From contig JBNKCG010000026.1 of NCBI GenBank assembly GCA_050287605.1, positions 76,123 to 140,122 on the forward strand: a stretch of 64,000 nt of DNA, written 5' to 3'. Under the pieces are notes generated by a model, which was not told the DNA's origin, ran no database searches, and saw only the letters and a program-made list of their open reading frames with translations. Positions 1 through 10,606 of this stretch are shown piece by piece. The position numbers and the translations under genes are program-made. This stretch comes from Gammaproteobacteria bacterium (GTDB taxonomy: Bacteria > Pseudomonadota > Gammaproteobacteria > QQUJ01). Positions within the stretch are counted from its first letter, which is position 1, and every line of letters starts with the position of its first letter.

Positions 1-1459
1 GGTCCACTTCCAGCCCCAGCCGCTGAAACAACTCCGCGTTCTCCTCCGCCAGGTCCGCTTCGCGCCGCGCAACCGAAAGACGTTCCGGTACCAGCAGCGG
101 CTGGCTGGTGACCGCGGCTGACTGCCACGCCTCCTTGAGCCGCTCGTAGGTGATGCGCTCGTGGGCGGCGTGCATGTCCACAACCACCAACCCCGCAGCG
201 TTTTGCGCCAGGACGTAAATACCGTGCAACTGCGCCACGGCATACCCCAGGGGAGGTCCCACATCGGCGGCGGGCTGCGCTGACTCCTGCAACACCGGCG
301 CATCATCCACCGCCTGCAACGCGGCGTAGGCGGCGGCCTGATCGCGCACCGGCAACGCCATGCCTTGCTGACGCGGCACCGGGTACGCCGGGGTGGGCGC
401 AGCACCGGTTGGCCGCTCCCCGCTCGTGGCGGCAGCGGGTCGGGGCGGATCGGCCTCCGGACGCACCGCTCGCAACGCGCCGTGCACGGAAGCGAACAAA
501 AAGTCGTGCACCAGATTCGACTGGCGAAAACGCACTTCGTGCTTGGCGGGGTGGACGTTGACGTCCACCGCCGCAGGGTCCATTTCCAGGTAGAGCAGGT
601 AGGCCGGGTGCCGGCCGTGGTAGAGCACGTCCTGGTAGGCCTGGCGCACCGCATGCGTCACCAGCCGGTCGCGCACCATGCGCCCGTTGACGAAGAAGTA
701 CTGCAGATCGGCCTGGGCGCGCGAGAAGGTCGGCAAAGCAATCCAGCCGCGCAACCGCAGTCCCGCACCTTCCTGGTCGACCGCGACGGACTGTTCCAGA
801 AACCCGCCCCCGAACAGTTCCGCCACCCGCCGCTCACGATCCTGCGGCCGTTCCGCCGCCGGCATCTGCAGCATTGCGCGGCCATTGTGGCGCAGTGTGA
901 TGCCGGCGCCGTAGCGACTCATGGCGGCACGTCGCACTACGGTGTCAATGTGGGAAAACTCGGTCTTTTCGCTGCGCAGGAACTTGCGCCGCGCTGGCGT
1001 GTTGTAGAACAGATCGCGCACCTCCACCACGGTCCCGGCCGGCAACGCCGCTGGCTGCGGGGGCATCGGCTGGTGATTGGCACCGAGCACGATCTCCCAG
1101 CCACGTTCTGCGTCCGTTTCCCGGGACGCGAGGCGCAATTGGGCGATGGAGGCGATGCTGGCGAGCGCCTCGCCGCGAAAACCCAGGCTCGCCACCCGCT
1201 CCAACTCGTCGAGGCTTTGAATCTTGCTGGTCGCATGCGAACTCAGCGCCAGCGGCAGGTCGTCGGGGTGGATACCGCAACCGTTGTCGCGCACCCGGAT
1301 CAGTGCCACGCCCCCCTGCTCGATCTCCACGTCGATGCGTGTCGCGCCGGCATCCAGGCTGTTCTCCAGCAGCTCTTTGACCACCGAGGCCGGCCGCTCG
1401 ATCACCTCGCCGGCGGCGATCTGGTTGATGAGCTGCTGGGGAAGTTGGTGTATGCGCAT
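1..1459 (-). CDS. mutL: DNA mismatch repair protein MutL (3' end runs off the window)
   Basis: Manual translation from ATG at 1459: MRIHQLPQQLINQIAAGEVIERPASVVKELLENSLDAGATRIDVEIEQGGVALIRVRDNGCGI (GHKL ATPase), later GFRGEAL; lies directly downstream of amiB as in the conserved operon. Absent from the ORF track because the stop lies outside the window. Confidence 0.98.
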   Translation of the reverse strand, partial: MRIHQLPQQLINQIAAGEVIERPASVVKELLENSLDAGATRIDVEIEQGGVALIRVRDNGCGIHPDDLPLALSSHATSKIQSLDELERVASLGFRGEALASIASIAQLRLASRETDAERGWEIVLGANHQPMPPQPAALPAGTVVEVRDLFYNTPARRKFLRSEKTEFSHIDTVVRRAAMSRYGAGITLRHNGRAMLQMPAAERPQDRERRVAELFGGGFLEQSVAVDQEGAGLRLRGWIALPTFSRAQADLQYFFVNGRMVRDRLVTHAVRQAYQDVLYHGRHPAYLLYLEMDPAAVDVNVHPAKHEVRFRQSNLVHDFLFASVHGALRAVRPEADPPRPAAATSGERPTGAAPTPAYPVPRQQGMALPVRDQAAAYAALQAVDDAPVLQESAQPAADVGPPLGYAVAQLHGIYVLAQNAAGLVVVDMHAAHERITYERLKEAWQSAAVTSQPLLVPERLSVARREADLAEENAELFQRLGLEVD

Positions 1460-1505
1460 GCGACCCGTACGGATGGCGACAAACCGCCATTGTAGCGGGC
1501 CGTAG

Positions 1506-2819
1506 CTAGTTGGTCATGGTGACCGAGTCACGAGGGATGCGCAGCACCGTCCCCACCGACAGGACGTCGCCGTCCAGGCCGTTAGCCTCGCGCAGGCTGT
1601 GCAGGCTGACTTGGTAGCGGCGCGCGATCCCGGAGAGGGTCTCGCCATGGCGGATAACGTGCTTGCTCTGCGCGAGCAGCGAATCCGGCGGCGCCTTTTC
1701 GGCGAAGTAGGCGCGCACCCCCTCCATGATGGCGCGAGCGACCTTCTCCTGGTGCGCCGAACTGCGCAGATTACGCTCTTCGGTGGGGTTGGAAATGAAC
1801 GCGGTCTCCACCAGTACCGAGGGCACGTCCGGCGATTTGAGGACCACGAAACCCGCCTGCTGGATCCGGCGCGAGTGCAACCGCCCCACCTTGCCGAGGT
1901 TGTTGCGGATTTGGCCGGCCACCTCCAGGCTGTCCTCGATGGTCGCCGACTGGGAAAGGTCCAGCAGTACGGTCTTCAACAGATCATCCTTGTCTTCCAG
2001 ACTCACGCCGCCGATACGGTCGGCCGCGTTTTCCTGTTCGGCCAGAAAGGCGGCTGCCGCGTTGGACGCGCCACGCTCGGACAGGACAAAGACCGAGGAG
2101 CCGCGCGCGCGATGATCGTTGAAGGCATCGGCGTGGATGGAGATCAGCAGATCGGCCTTCGCCTCGCGCGCCTTGGCATAGCGATCCTTGAGGCCGATGT
2201 AGTAGTCGCCTTCGCGGATCATCAGTGGGCGCATGCCGTATTCCTGCTTGACCATGCGCTCCAGGCGCTGGGCGATCTGGAACACCACATCCTTCTCCCG
2301 CGTCCCCTTGCGACCGAGGGCGCCGGGATCCTCACCGCCGTGACCCGCGTCGATGGCCACCACGATCTCGCGCGGCCCTGCAGCGGTACTACTCTCCGCC
2401 CGCGTTACCTTGGGCACAACGCTGCCGCCTTGGGCATCGTAAAGATCGATCACCAGGCGATGGCCGTATTTCTCGTTGGGTTTGAGGAGGAAGCTCTTCG
2501 GCCGCACCGGGCCGCTGAGATCAAAGACCACCCGCAGGTCGTCGCCATTGCGGGGGGAGTAGCGAACCGAACGCAACAGCGGGGAATTGGTATCCGGCGT
2601 CGGAACGTCGGTGCTCAGTTGCGCGTTTTTCAGGTCAACCACGATGCGGTCGGGATTGCGCAGGGGAAACAGTGCGTGCTCCACCGGTGCGTCGATATCG
2701 AACACGATGCGGGTGTTGTCCGGCGCCGCCCACAGGCGGATGCCGTCGACATGCGCGGTCTGCGCCTGACCGAAAACGGGCAGCAGCAGAAGCAGCAGGG
2801 AGGCAAGGGTTCTTTTCAT
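1506..2819 (-). CDS. amiB: N-acetylmuramoyl-L-alanine amidase (AMIN + Amidase_3 + LysM)
   Basis: Signal peptide MKRTLASLLLLLLPVFGQA; IDAGHGGEDPGA, ISIHAD and SVLVETAFISN motifs; C-terminal LysM (HVIRHGETLSGIARRY). Start set at ATG 2819. amiB versus amiC naming rests on synteny. Confidence 0.92.
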   Translation of the reverse strand: MKRTLASLLLLLLPVFGQAQTAHVDGIRLWAAPDNTRIVFDIDAPVEHALFPLRNPDRIVVDLKNAQLSTDVPTPDTNSPLLRSVRYSPRNGDDLRVVFDLSGPVRPKSFLLKPNEKYGHRLVIDLYDAQGGSVVPKVTRAESSTAAGPREIVVAIDAGHGGEDPGALGRKGTREKDVVFQIAQRLERMVKQEYGMRPLMIREGDYYIGLKDRYAKAREAKADLLISIHADAFNDHRARGSSVFVLSERGASNAAAAFLAEQENAADRIGGVSLEDKDDLLKTVLLDLSQSATIEDSLEVAGQIRNNLGKVGRLHSRRIQQAGFVVLKSPDVPSVLVETAFISNPTEERNLRSSAHQEKVARAIMEGVRAYFAEKAPPDSLLAQSKHVIRHGETLSGIARRYQVSLHSLREANGLDGDVLSVGTVLRIPRDSVTMTN

Positions 2820-2930
2820 GCCGGTGCGTCGGTCGGTTCTTTGTGGCCTGTTATGGCACAGAACCACTTATTGCGCAAGTTTTTCCTGATAAAACGACAG
2901 GATAGCTGCTCTTTCTAGAAATCTCCTGAA

Positions 2931-3416
2931 TTATGAGTCCGCCGCCGCCATCCCCTGCTGCAGAGCGTTCAGCACCGCCTCGCCGCGCGCGCTGAGCGCC
3001 TCCAGCCTCGCTTCGCGCCCCGGCGTTGCATACTCCAGGCCGATGCTGATATCCGGCGGAGGCAGCCAGTCTCCACCCTTCTCGGGCCATTCGATCACCA
3101 CCAGCGCTCCCGGCTCCAGCAGGTCGCGCAACCCCAGGTACTCCAGTTCCTCCGGGTCGGCGAGGCGGTAGAGATCGAGGTGAAACACGCGTCGGCCCGC
3201 CACCTCGTAGGGTTCGATGAGCGTGTAGGTGGGGCTTTTCACTGCGCCGCGGTAGCCGAGGGCACGCAACAGACCACGGGTCAGAGTGGTCTTGCCGGTG
3301 CCCAGCGCACCGCTGAGATGTACCACCAACCCACCCCCGGTGACTGCCTGCGCGAGTTCCGTGCCCAGACCGTGCGTCGCCGCTTCGTCGGCTAAAGTCC
3401 GCACCCAGGCAATCAT
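2931..3416 (-). CDS. tsaE: tRNA t6A biosynthesis ATPase TsaE
   Basis: LSGALGTGKTT Walker A, VKSPTYTLIEPY, HLDLYRL, VIEWPE; start MIAWVRTL overlaps the nnr stop. Confidence 0.97.
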   Translation of the reverse strand: MIAWVRTLADEAATHGLGTELAQAVTGGGLVVHLSGALGTGKTTLTRGLLRALGYRGAVKSPTYTLIEPYEVAGRRVFHLDLYRLADPEELEYLGLRDLLEPGALVVIEWPEKGGDWLPPPDISIGLEYATPGREARLEALSARGEAVLNALQQGMAAADS

Positions 3417-4936
3417 GGCGGCCCCGGATTGACGGCCCGACGCAGATGGGCGAAGAGATCGGAGGCCAGCAGGCCGCGTTCGCCGTCGCGGGCAGCGCAA
3501 TCGGCAGCGTGCGCGTGAACCCAGACACCGACGCGCGCGGCCAGGCGAGGCACCACTCCCTGCGCCAGCAGGCCGGCGATCACCCCCGTCAGCACGTCGC
3601 CCATCCCGCCGCTGCCCATGCCCGGATTGCCCAGGGCGCACAGCCCCAGCGTGTCATCGCCAGCAGCCACCAGCGTGCCCGCTCCTTTCAACACCACCAC
3701 ACCGCCAAAGCGCGCCTGCAGGTGACGCGCCGCTGCAAACCGGTCCGCCTGGACCTCGGTCACGCTGCACCCGAGCAACCGCGCCGCCTCGCCCGGGTGC
3801 GGGGTCAATATCCAGCGTTCGCTGCGCTGCGGCCGCTCGGCCAACAGGTTGAGCCCGTCGGCATCCAATACCAGGGGCAGATCGCTCGTCAGTGTCGCTT
3901 CCAGCAGCTCGCGACCCCACGCGCCGCGCCCCATCCCAGGCCCCACAGCGAGCACCGACGCGCGCCGCAGTAGTGGCTGCAGGGCAGCGGCCTCTTCCAC
4001 ACCGTGGGCCATGATCTCCGGCTGGGTCATGGTCATCAGACCGGCGTGCGACTCGCGCGTCGCGACGCTGACCAGGCCCGCGCCGACACGCGCCGCGGCA
4101 CTGGCCGCCATGCGCGCAGCGCCCGCCATACCGAATTCACCTCCGACAACCAGCACGTGGCCGTGGTCGCCCTTGTGGCTGCAGCGCGCCCGCGGCGTCA
4201 GTGCATCGCGCACCTCCTCCTGGCCGATTCGTGTCACCTCGGCGCGCACCGCGTCGTACACCTGTGGCGGCACGCCGAGGGCGGCAAAGCGCACCGCGCC
4301 GGTATAGTCCGGCGCCAGGCCGGTGAACAGCCCCTGTTTGAGCCCGATGAAGGTGACGGTCAGGATTGCCTGAACCGCGATTCCCAAAGGCATGCCGGTA
4401 TCGGCGCTCAGCCCCGACGGGATATCGAGCGCCATCACCGGCTGGTCGCTGGCGTTGATGGCGGCAATGGCGGCGGCGTACTCGCCCTGCACCTCGCGCT
4501 CTAGACCGGTACCCAGCAGCGCATCGACGATGACACACGGACGCTGCAGTGCTTCCGGTTCGAAGCTGCGCACGCGGCCACCGGCATCGCGCCACCGCCG
4601 ATACATCAGCAGCGCATCGCCGCCCGGTTCGCGCGCCCCGCCTGGACGCAGCACGTCGACCTCAAGTCCCGCTTCGCGCGCAAGCCGGGCGACCACATAA
4701 CCGTCCCCACCGTTGTTGCCGCTGCCGCACACCACCACCACGCGTTGCGCCGACGGCCAGCGTTTCTGAAACGCGCCAAAGGCCGCCCGGCCGGCGCGCT
4801 CCATCAATTCGCTGCCCGGGATGCCGTACTCCTCGATGGCCACGCGATCCAATTCCCGCACTTGCGATGCACGATATAGCGCGCCGGGTAGTGCGTCGAT
4901 GGCTACGGATTGATGGGAACGAGACGGGGTGGTCAT
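3413..4936 (-). CDS. nnr: Bifunctional NAD(P)H-hydrate epimerase/dehydratase (YjeF/Nnr)
   Basis: CGSGNNGGDG, VDALLGTG, DIPSG, HKGDHGHVLVVGG, VLDADGL, LTPHPGEAARL, GGMGDVLTG. Confidence 0.96.
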   Translation of the reverse strand: MTTPSRSHQSVAIDALPGALYRASQVRELDRVAIEEYGIPGSELMERAGRAAFGAFQKRWPSAQRVVVVCGSGNNGGDGYVVARLAREAGLEVDVLRPGGAREPGGDALLMYRRWRDAGGRVRSFEPEALQRPCVIVDALLGTGLEREVQGEYAAAIAAINASDQPVMALDIPSGLSADTGMPLGIAVQAILTVTFIGLKQGLFTGLAPDYTGAVRFAALGVPPQVYDAVRAEVTRIGQEEVRDALTPRARCSHKGDHGHVLVVGGEFGMAGAARMAASAAARVGAGLVSVATRESHAGLMTMTQPEIMAHGVEEAAALQPLLRRASVLAVGPGMGRGAWGRELLEATLTSDLPLVLDADGLNLLAERPQRSERWILTPHPGEAARLLGCSVTEVQADRFAAARHLQARFGGVVVLKGAGTLVAAGDDTLGLCALGNPGMGSGGMGDVLTGVIAGLLAQGVVPRLAARVGVWVHAHAADCAARDGERGLLASDLFAHLRRAVNPGPP

Positions 4937-4941
4937 GAACG

Positions 4942-6105
4942 ATGGCTGAGGCGAACGGGAATCAGTGGCAAAATACCGCGAAACTCCGTTGCGAATCCAG
5001 CCGCCACTTGAACGCCTCCCACACACTTTCGCCCGCCGACGCTGCCGAACTCGCCGCGTGCATACGCGGCTGGGCACGCGAGCTCGGGTTTCAAGGGGTG
5101 GGATTCGCCGATATCGCCCTGAGCGACGCCGAGCAGCACCTGCAGCAGTGGCTGAAACACGGCTATCACGGCGCGATGGAGTACATGGCGCGGCACGGGA
5201 GCCTGCGCAGTCGGCCCGACGAACTGGTACCGGGCACGCTCAGCGTCATCAGTGTACGCATGGACTACTTGCCGCAGCCCATGGCGCGGGCCGAGGAGGT
5301 ACTGGCCGACAGCGAGCGGGGCTACGTCTCGCGCTACGCGCTGGGGCGCGACTATCACAAGCTGATGCGCAAACGCCTGCAGCAACTGGCCGAGCGGATC
5401 GAGTCGCGAGTCGGCGCATTCGCCTACCGCGCGTTCGTCGACAGTGCGCCGGTATTGGAAAAGCCCCTCGCCGGCAAAGCGGGACTGGGGTGGCAGGGCA
5501 AACACACCAACCTCATCGACAGCAGCAGCGGATCGTTCTTCTTTCTGGGCGAGATCTACACCGATCTGCCGTTGCCATCCGATGCGCCCGTCGCGGATCA
5601 CTGCGGCACCTGCCAGGCCTGCATCGACGTCTGTCCGACCCAGGCCATCGTCGCGCCCTACCAGCTCGATGCGCGCCTATGCATCTCGTACCTCACCATC
5701 GAACACCCGGGATCGATACCCGAAGCGCTGCGACCGGCCATCGGCAACCGCATCTACGGGTGCGACGACTGCCAGCTGGTCTGCCCGTGGAATCGCTTTG
5801 CGCGCCTCAGCGCCGAGCGCGGATTTGCTCCCCGCGACGACCTGGAAGCCCCGCAATTGGTCGAGTTGTTTCGCTGGAGCGAAGCGGAATTCCTGAAACG
5901 AACCGAAGGCAGCCCCTTGCGCCGACTGGGCTACCAGCGCTGGATGCGCAACATCGCGGTCGCGCTGGGCAACGCACCGCCCTCCGCGATTGCACACGAT
6001 GCGTTGACGGACGCCACAGAGAGTCGTTCGCCGTTGATCCGTGAACATGCCCGCTGGGGATTGCAGCGACAGCGAGAGAAGGGCGGCAACGAAACGCCCA
6101 CGTGA
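4942..6105 (+). CDS. queG: Epoxyqueuosine reductase QueG
   Basis: SRYALGRDYH, FVDSAPVLEK, CGTCQACIDVCPT and YGCDDCQLVCPWN Fe-S motifs; divergent from nnr as in E. coli. True start may be somewhat downstream. Confidence 0.96.
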   Translation: MAEANGNQWQNTAKLRCESSRHLNASHTLSPADAAELAACIRGWARELGFQGVGFADIALSDAEQHLQQWLKHGYHGAMEYMARHGSLRSRPDELVPGTLSVISVRMDYLPQPMARAEEVLADSERGYVSRYALGRDYHKLMRKRLQQLAERIESRVGAFAYRAFVDSAPVLEKPLAGKAGLGWQGKHTNLIDSSSGSFFFLGEIYTDLPLPSDAPVADHCGTCQACIDVCPTQAIVAPYQLDARLCISYLTIEHPGSIPEALRPAIGNRIYGCDDCQLVCPWNRFARLSAERGFAPRDDLEAPQLVELFRWSEAEFLKRTEGSPLRRLGYQRWMRNIAVALGNAPPSAIAHDALTDATESRSPLIREHARWGLQRQREKGGNETPT

Positions 6106-6107
6106 GG

Positions 6108-7214
6108 TCAGTCAGTCTCCGGGTCCTGCAATTCGTGATGCACCTCAATCACCGTTTCGCGGTTGGACATGAAGATCTCCACGCACAACGGATCGAAATG
6201 TTTGCCGGTCTCCGCCACCAGATAGGCGAACGCGTCCTTGAGTTTCCAGGGCTTCTTGTAAGGTCGCCGTGAGGTCAACGCATCGAACACGTCGGTGACC
6301 GCCACGATGCGCGCCACCATGGGAATGGCATCCCCCATGAGCCCCTGCGGGTAACCGGTGCCGTCGAACCGCTCGTGGTGGTTGAGGGCGATCACCGCGC
6401 CGGCTTGAAGGTATTTCGACGGGCTATCCTTGAGGATGTTGTAGCCGATGCGCGTGTGCTGCTGCATGAAGATCTTTTCGGCCGAGGTATAGCGGCCCAT
6501 CTTCAACAGAATGCCGTCGGGAACACCCACCTTGCCGATGTCATGCAGCGTCGCGGCCAGACTGGTTACCTCGCACTGCTCCTCGGGCAGCCCCAAATCC
6601 TCGGCGATAATGCTGGTGTAGCGCTGGACACGCAGCACGTGGTTGAAGGTCTCCTCGTCGCGGAATTCGCCGGCCTTCGCCAAGCGCAACAGGGTCTCGC
6701 GCTCGCGCTCGCGCACCTCACGCGTCGCGAACCGAACCTGCTCCTCCAGCCAGTCCGCGCGATCGCGAATGATGTGCTGCTGGTTGCGCAGCGTCAGCAG
6801 ATTGCGACAACGGGCCGCGCACTCGTGGCGGTCCACCGGCTTGGTAAGAAAATCCGTTGCCCCCGCCTCCAGCGCGCGATAGCGCACTTCGCGGTCTTCG
6901 ACGATGGTGACGATGACGACCGGAATATCGAAGCCGTTGGGCAGTTCGCGAATACGGCGAATGAATTCGATGCCGTCCATGTCCGGCATCTTGTAATCGG
7001 CGATGATGAGATCGGGTGTTTGATCGTGCATCCACTCCAGCGCTGGCGGGGCGCCGGCGAAGGTCACGATCTCCACGCTGCCGATGGTACGTTTGATGAT
7101 TTCGGCGAGTATCTGCCGGCTGGTCGCCTGATCGTCGACGATCACGACCCTACCGACGGCGCTACGCTTGCACGTGGCGTCTTCGATAGGCTGCGATAGC
7201 GCAGTTGTTTGCAT
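6108..7214 (-). CDS. Response regulator with HD-GYP c-di-GMP phosphodiesterase domain (RpfG-like)
   Basis: REC domain (VVIVDD, DLIIADYKMPDMDG, FLTKP) followed by LHDIGK and HHERFDGTGYP. Confidence 0.93.
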   Translation of the reverse strand: MQTTALSQPIEDATCKRSAVGRVVIVDDQATSRQILAEIIKRTIGSVEIVTFAGAPPALEWMHDQTPDLIIADYKMPDMDGIEFIRRIRELPNGFDIPVVIVTIVEDREVRYRALEAGATDFLTKPVDRHECAARCRNLLTLRNQQHIIRDRADWLEEQVRFATREVRERERETLLRLAKAGEFRDEETFNHVLRVQRYTSIIAEDLGLPEEQCEVTSLAATLHDIGKVGVPDGILLKMGRYTSAEKIFMQQHTRIGYNILKDSPSKYLQAGAVIALNHHERFDGTGYPQGLMGDAIPMVARIVAVTDVFDALTSRRPYKKPWKLKDAFAYLVAETGKHFDPLCVEIFMSNRETVIEVHHELQDPETD

Positions 7215-7446
7215 GAATTACCACCCGTCTGCCAGACGGCAACCGGAAATCTCGAAGGTGGGCCGGCGCCGCATGCCCTCCCCACCCTGAATCTTCAATC
7301 GCGACCACAGAGAACGCGGAGGAATTGGGGGATTATCGACCTCACATCCCGCGCTGGCAACGCCAAGCGGTGTATGATCAACTGATCACTAAGTAATGAT
7401 CGCAATTGTTGATTTGTCAATCACCCAGCCGCTGCGGGGGGCTACT

Positions 7447-8010
7447 TCAATTGCCCGCGTCGCCTCCCACCCTGAACAGCCGCTCACGGTAGTACTGCAA
7501 CTCACAGATCGATTCGTGGATATCGGCCAGCGCCTCATGCTTGCCAGCCTTGACGAAACCCGCTGCAATCTCGGGCGCCCAGCGCCTGGCCAACTCCTTT
7601 ACCGTACTCACGTCCAGGTTGCGGTAGTGAAAGAAAGCCTCAAGATCGGGCATCCAACGCGCGAGGAAGCGGCGGTCCTGGCAGATGCTGTTGCCGCAAA
7701 TGGGCGACTTGCCGCGGGGGATCCAATGGCGCAGAAACGCCAGGGTCTGCGCCTGCGCTTCCCCCATGTCAACGGCGCTGGCGCGAACGCGATCGATGAG
7801 TCCACTCCGACCGTGATGCAACGTATTCCACTCGTCCATCGCGGTGATCACCGCCTCGGGTTGATGGATCGCCAGCACCGGCCCCTCCTCCAGCACGTTG
7901 AGGTGGCTGTCGGTCACAATGGTGGCGATCTCGAGTATGGTGTCGCGGTCGGGTTCCAACCCGGTCATTTCCAGGTCGATCCAGGCCAGATTGTCGTCGC
8001 TGAGGGTCAT
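7447..8010 (-). CDS. orn: Oligoribonuclease
   Basis: [50 protein letters not shown]. Confidence 0.97.
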   Translation of the reverse strand: MTLSDDNLAWIDLEMTGLEPDRDTILEIATIVTDSHLNVLEEGPVLAIHQPEAVITAMDEWNTLHHGRSGLIDRVRASAVDMGEAQAQTLAFLRHWIPRGKSPICGNSICQDRRFLARWMPDLEAFFHYRNLDVSTVKELARRWAPEIAAGFVKAGKHEALADIHESICELQYYRERLFRVGGDAGN

Positions 8011-8137
8011 GCCGGGAACCTTGCGAAAAGCGGGAAGCGATTGTAGCAAGTGACGCGCACGCACGCGCGGTGAATACTCAGCACGTGACTTCGGGCAGGT
8101 TCTACACTGTGGGACAACGACAGAGGGAGACCACACC

Positions 8138-8476
8138 ATGACCGACCTGACACGCAAACGCTGTCGCCCGTGCGAAGGTGGCACCCAGCCCCTCGACGCC
8201 GAAACCGCCGACACCTTATTGGAACAACTGCACCCCGACTGGCAACTCGACTCACACACCGACGCCATCCGTCGCCAGTTTCGCTTCGCCAACTTTCACG
8301 ACACCATGGCCTTCGTCAACGCCCTCGCCTGGATCGCGCACCAGGAAGATCACCATCCCGACCTCGAGGTGGGCTACAATCGCTGCACCGTACGCTACAG
8401 CACACACGCCATCGGCGGTTTGTCCGAGAACGACTACATCTGCGCAGCGAAAATCGATGCCCTGTTTCACGACTGA
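8138..8476 (+). CDS. phhB: Pterin-4-alpha-carbinolamine dehydratase
   Basis: EDHHPDL and [21 protein letters not shown] motifs. Confidence 0.93.
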   Translation: MTDLTRKRCRPCEGGTQPLDAETADTLLEQLHPDWQLDSHTDAIRRQFRFANFHDTMAFVNALAWIAHQEDHHPDLEVGYNRCTVRYSTHAIGGLSENDYICAAKIDALFHD

Positions 8477-8515
8477 GCACCCGGCGACCCACTCATACCC
8501 CACACCGCACAGCGC

Positions 8516-9532
8516 ATGGCACAGCGGCGCCTGACCCGCCGCCAGGCGCAACACGTTAAGCGCATCCAGGAACGCCGCGTGGCGCGCGCCCAAGCACGCG
8601 CGCGGGCGACAGAGCACGACACCGACAACGACCGCCTCGGCCCGGAGGAACTCGGCCGGGTACTGGCCAACTTTGGCGCGTCGCTGATGGTGGAATCGGC
8701 GAACGCGAGGGTGGTGCGCTGCACCCCGCGCGCCAACCTTGCGCTCATCGTCAGCGGCGATGAAGTGGTCATGCAGCGTAACGACGAAACCGAAGGCGTC
8801 GTCACGGCGCTGCTGCCGCGGCGCACCGAACTCGGCCGCCCCGACTTCAGCGGCCGTCTCAAACCGCTGGCCGCCAACATCGATCGACTGGTAATCGTGG
8901 CCGCGTTGCAACCCACCCTCGACACCCATCTGATCGATCGCTATCTGGCCGCCGCCGAACTGTTGGGCGCAGCGCCACTGCTGGTGATCAACAAGATCGA
9001 CCTCGCCGACACCACCCAGCTCGACGCGCTTAAGACGCAGATCGCGGTCTACACGCAGATCGGCTATCCGGTGATCTATGCCAGCACCAAGCGGGCACAC
9101 GGACTCGACGAACTGTCCGCCGCCCTTGCCGGTCACGTCAGCATCCTGGTGGGCCAATCCGGCGTCGGCAAATCGTCGCTGATCCAAGCGCTGCTCCCCG
9201 ACCAGACGATCCGCATCGGCAAGCTTTCCGAGGCATCGGGACAGGGGCGGCACACCACCACCTCCACCATGCTCTACCATCTGCCCGGCGGCGGCGACCT
9301 CATCGATTCGCCGGGAGTACGCGAATTCGGTCTCTACGAAAGGGATGCCCAGCGTGTTGCAGAGGGGTTCGTGGAGTTGCGGCCCTATCTCGGCCACTGC
9401 CGCTTCCGCGACTGCCGCCACGACGCGGAACCGGGATGCGCTCTGCGCGCAGCGGCGCAAAACGGCGCGATCGATGCGCGCCGACTGGCCAGCTACTTAG
9501 CGCTAGCCAAGGAAGTTTCCGCTAGCGATTGA
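8516..9532 (+). CDS. rsgA: Ribosome small subunit-dependent GTPase RsgA
   Basis: INKID, GQSGVGKSS, GRHTTT, IDSPGVREF, Zn site CRFRDCRHDAEPGC. Confidence 0.97.
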   Translation: MAQRRLTRRQAQHVKRIQERRVARAQARARATEHDTDNDRLGPEELGRVLANFGASLMVESANARVVRCTPRANLALIVSGDEVVMQRNDETEGVVTALLPRRTELGRPDFSGRLKPLAANIDRLVIVAALQPTLDTHLIDRYLAAAELLGAAPLLVINKIDLADTTQLDALKTQIAVYTQIGYPVIYASTKRAHGLDELSAALAGHVSILVGQSGVGKSSLIQALLPDQTIRIGKLSEASGQGRHTTTSTMLYHLPGGGDLIDSPGVREFGLYERDAQRVAEGFVELRPYLGHCRFRDCRHDAEPGCALRAAAQNGAIDARRLASYLALAKEVSASD

Positions 9533-9600
9533 CGGCGGGCGCCGACAACCGACATCTGCCGTGTCGTATTCGCTGGCTGTCGCATCGCGGGCGCACCCGT

Positions 9601-10203
9601 CTACTCCATGGAACGCCGACCACTGAAGGCGTGCGACAGGGTGCCGCCGTCGATGTACTCCAACTCGCCGCCCAACGGTACGCCGTGGGCGATGCGCGTC
9701 GCCGTCACCCCGTGATGGGCAGCCAGCTCAGCGATGAAGTGGGCGGTTGCCTCCCCCTCCACGGTGGGGTTGGTGGCGAGGATCACCTCGTGCAACGCCG
9801 CTTCGCCGAGGCGCTCCTCCAACACGCTCAGACCCAGCTCCGCGGGACCGATGCCGTCCAGCGGCGAGAGGTGACCACCCAGCACGAAATAGAGCCCGCG
9901 GTAGTCGGTCGCCTGCTCGATGGCGTAGACGTCGGCCGGCGTCTCCACCACGCACAGCAGACCCGGGTCACGGCGCTGCGAGACGCAGATGGGGCACAGC
10001 TCCGCCTCGCTGAAGGTGCGGCAGCGCGTGCAACGTCCGACGTTGACCATCGCCTCCTCCAGCGCGTGCGCCAGGGCACGCCCGCCGTTGCGGTCGCGCT
10101 CCAGCAGATGGAAGGCGATACGCTGCGCCGATTTGGGACCGACGCCGGGCAGGCAGCGCAGCGCCTGGATCAGCCCGTCGATGAGCGGCGGAAATGCGGC
10201 CAT
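9601..10203 (-). CDS. recR: Recombination protein RecR
   Basis: [18 protein letters not shown]4 Zn finger, Toprim domain ([12 protein letters not shown]), [14 protein letters not shown]. Confidence 0.98.
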   Translation of the reverse strand: MAAFPPLIDGLIQALRCLPGVGPKSAQRIAFHLLERDRNGGRALAHALEEAMVNVGRCTRCRTFSEAELCPICVSQRRDPGLLCVVETPADVYAIEQATDYRGLYFVLGGHLSPLDGIGPAELGLSVLEERLGEAALHEVILATNPTVEGEATAHFIAELAAHHGVTATRIAHGVPLGGELEYIDGGTLSHAFSGRRSME

Positions 10204-10216
10204 GGCGCAGCGCGGT

Positions 10217-10543
10217 TCAGAACGGCATCTTAAAACCGGGGGGCAGATCGAACCCGGCGGTGAAGCCGCTCATCTTCTCCTGCACCGTCTTTTCCACCCG
10301 CTGCACGGCGTCGTTGACCGCCGCAGCCACCAGGTCCTCGATCATCTCGCGATCGTCGTCGGCGAACAGCGACGGGTCGATGGAGACACGGCGCAGTTCG
10401 TGACGCCCGGTCATCACCACCTTCACCAATCCGCCGCCCGCTTCGCCGTTCACCTCCATGTTGGCCAGTTCCTGCTGGGCCTTCTGCATGTTGGCCTGCA
10501 TCTGCTGAGCCTGCTTCATCAACTTACCAATCTGCCCCTTCAT
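10217..10543 (-). CDS. ybaB: YbaB/EbfC nucleoid-associated protein
   Basis: MKQAQQMQ...[10 protein letters not shown]...[11 protein letters not shown]; sits between dnaX and recR. Confidence 0.96.
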   Translation of the reverse strand: MKGQIGKLMKQAQQMQANMQKAQQELANMEVNGEAGGGLVKVVMTGRHELRRVSIDPSLFADDDREMIEDLVAAAVNDAVQRVEKTVQEKMSGFTAGFDLPPGFKMPF

Positions 10544-10606
10544 GTCTGCTCCTCAATGGCGAATAGGGTGTGTGTCACAGCGCGCGGCGCCGGGGCGCCC
10601 CGCAGG

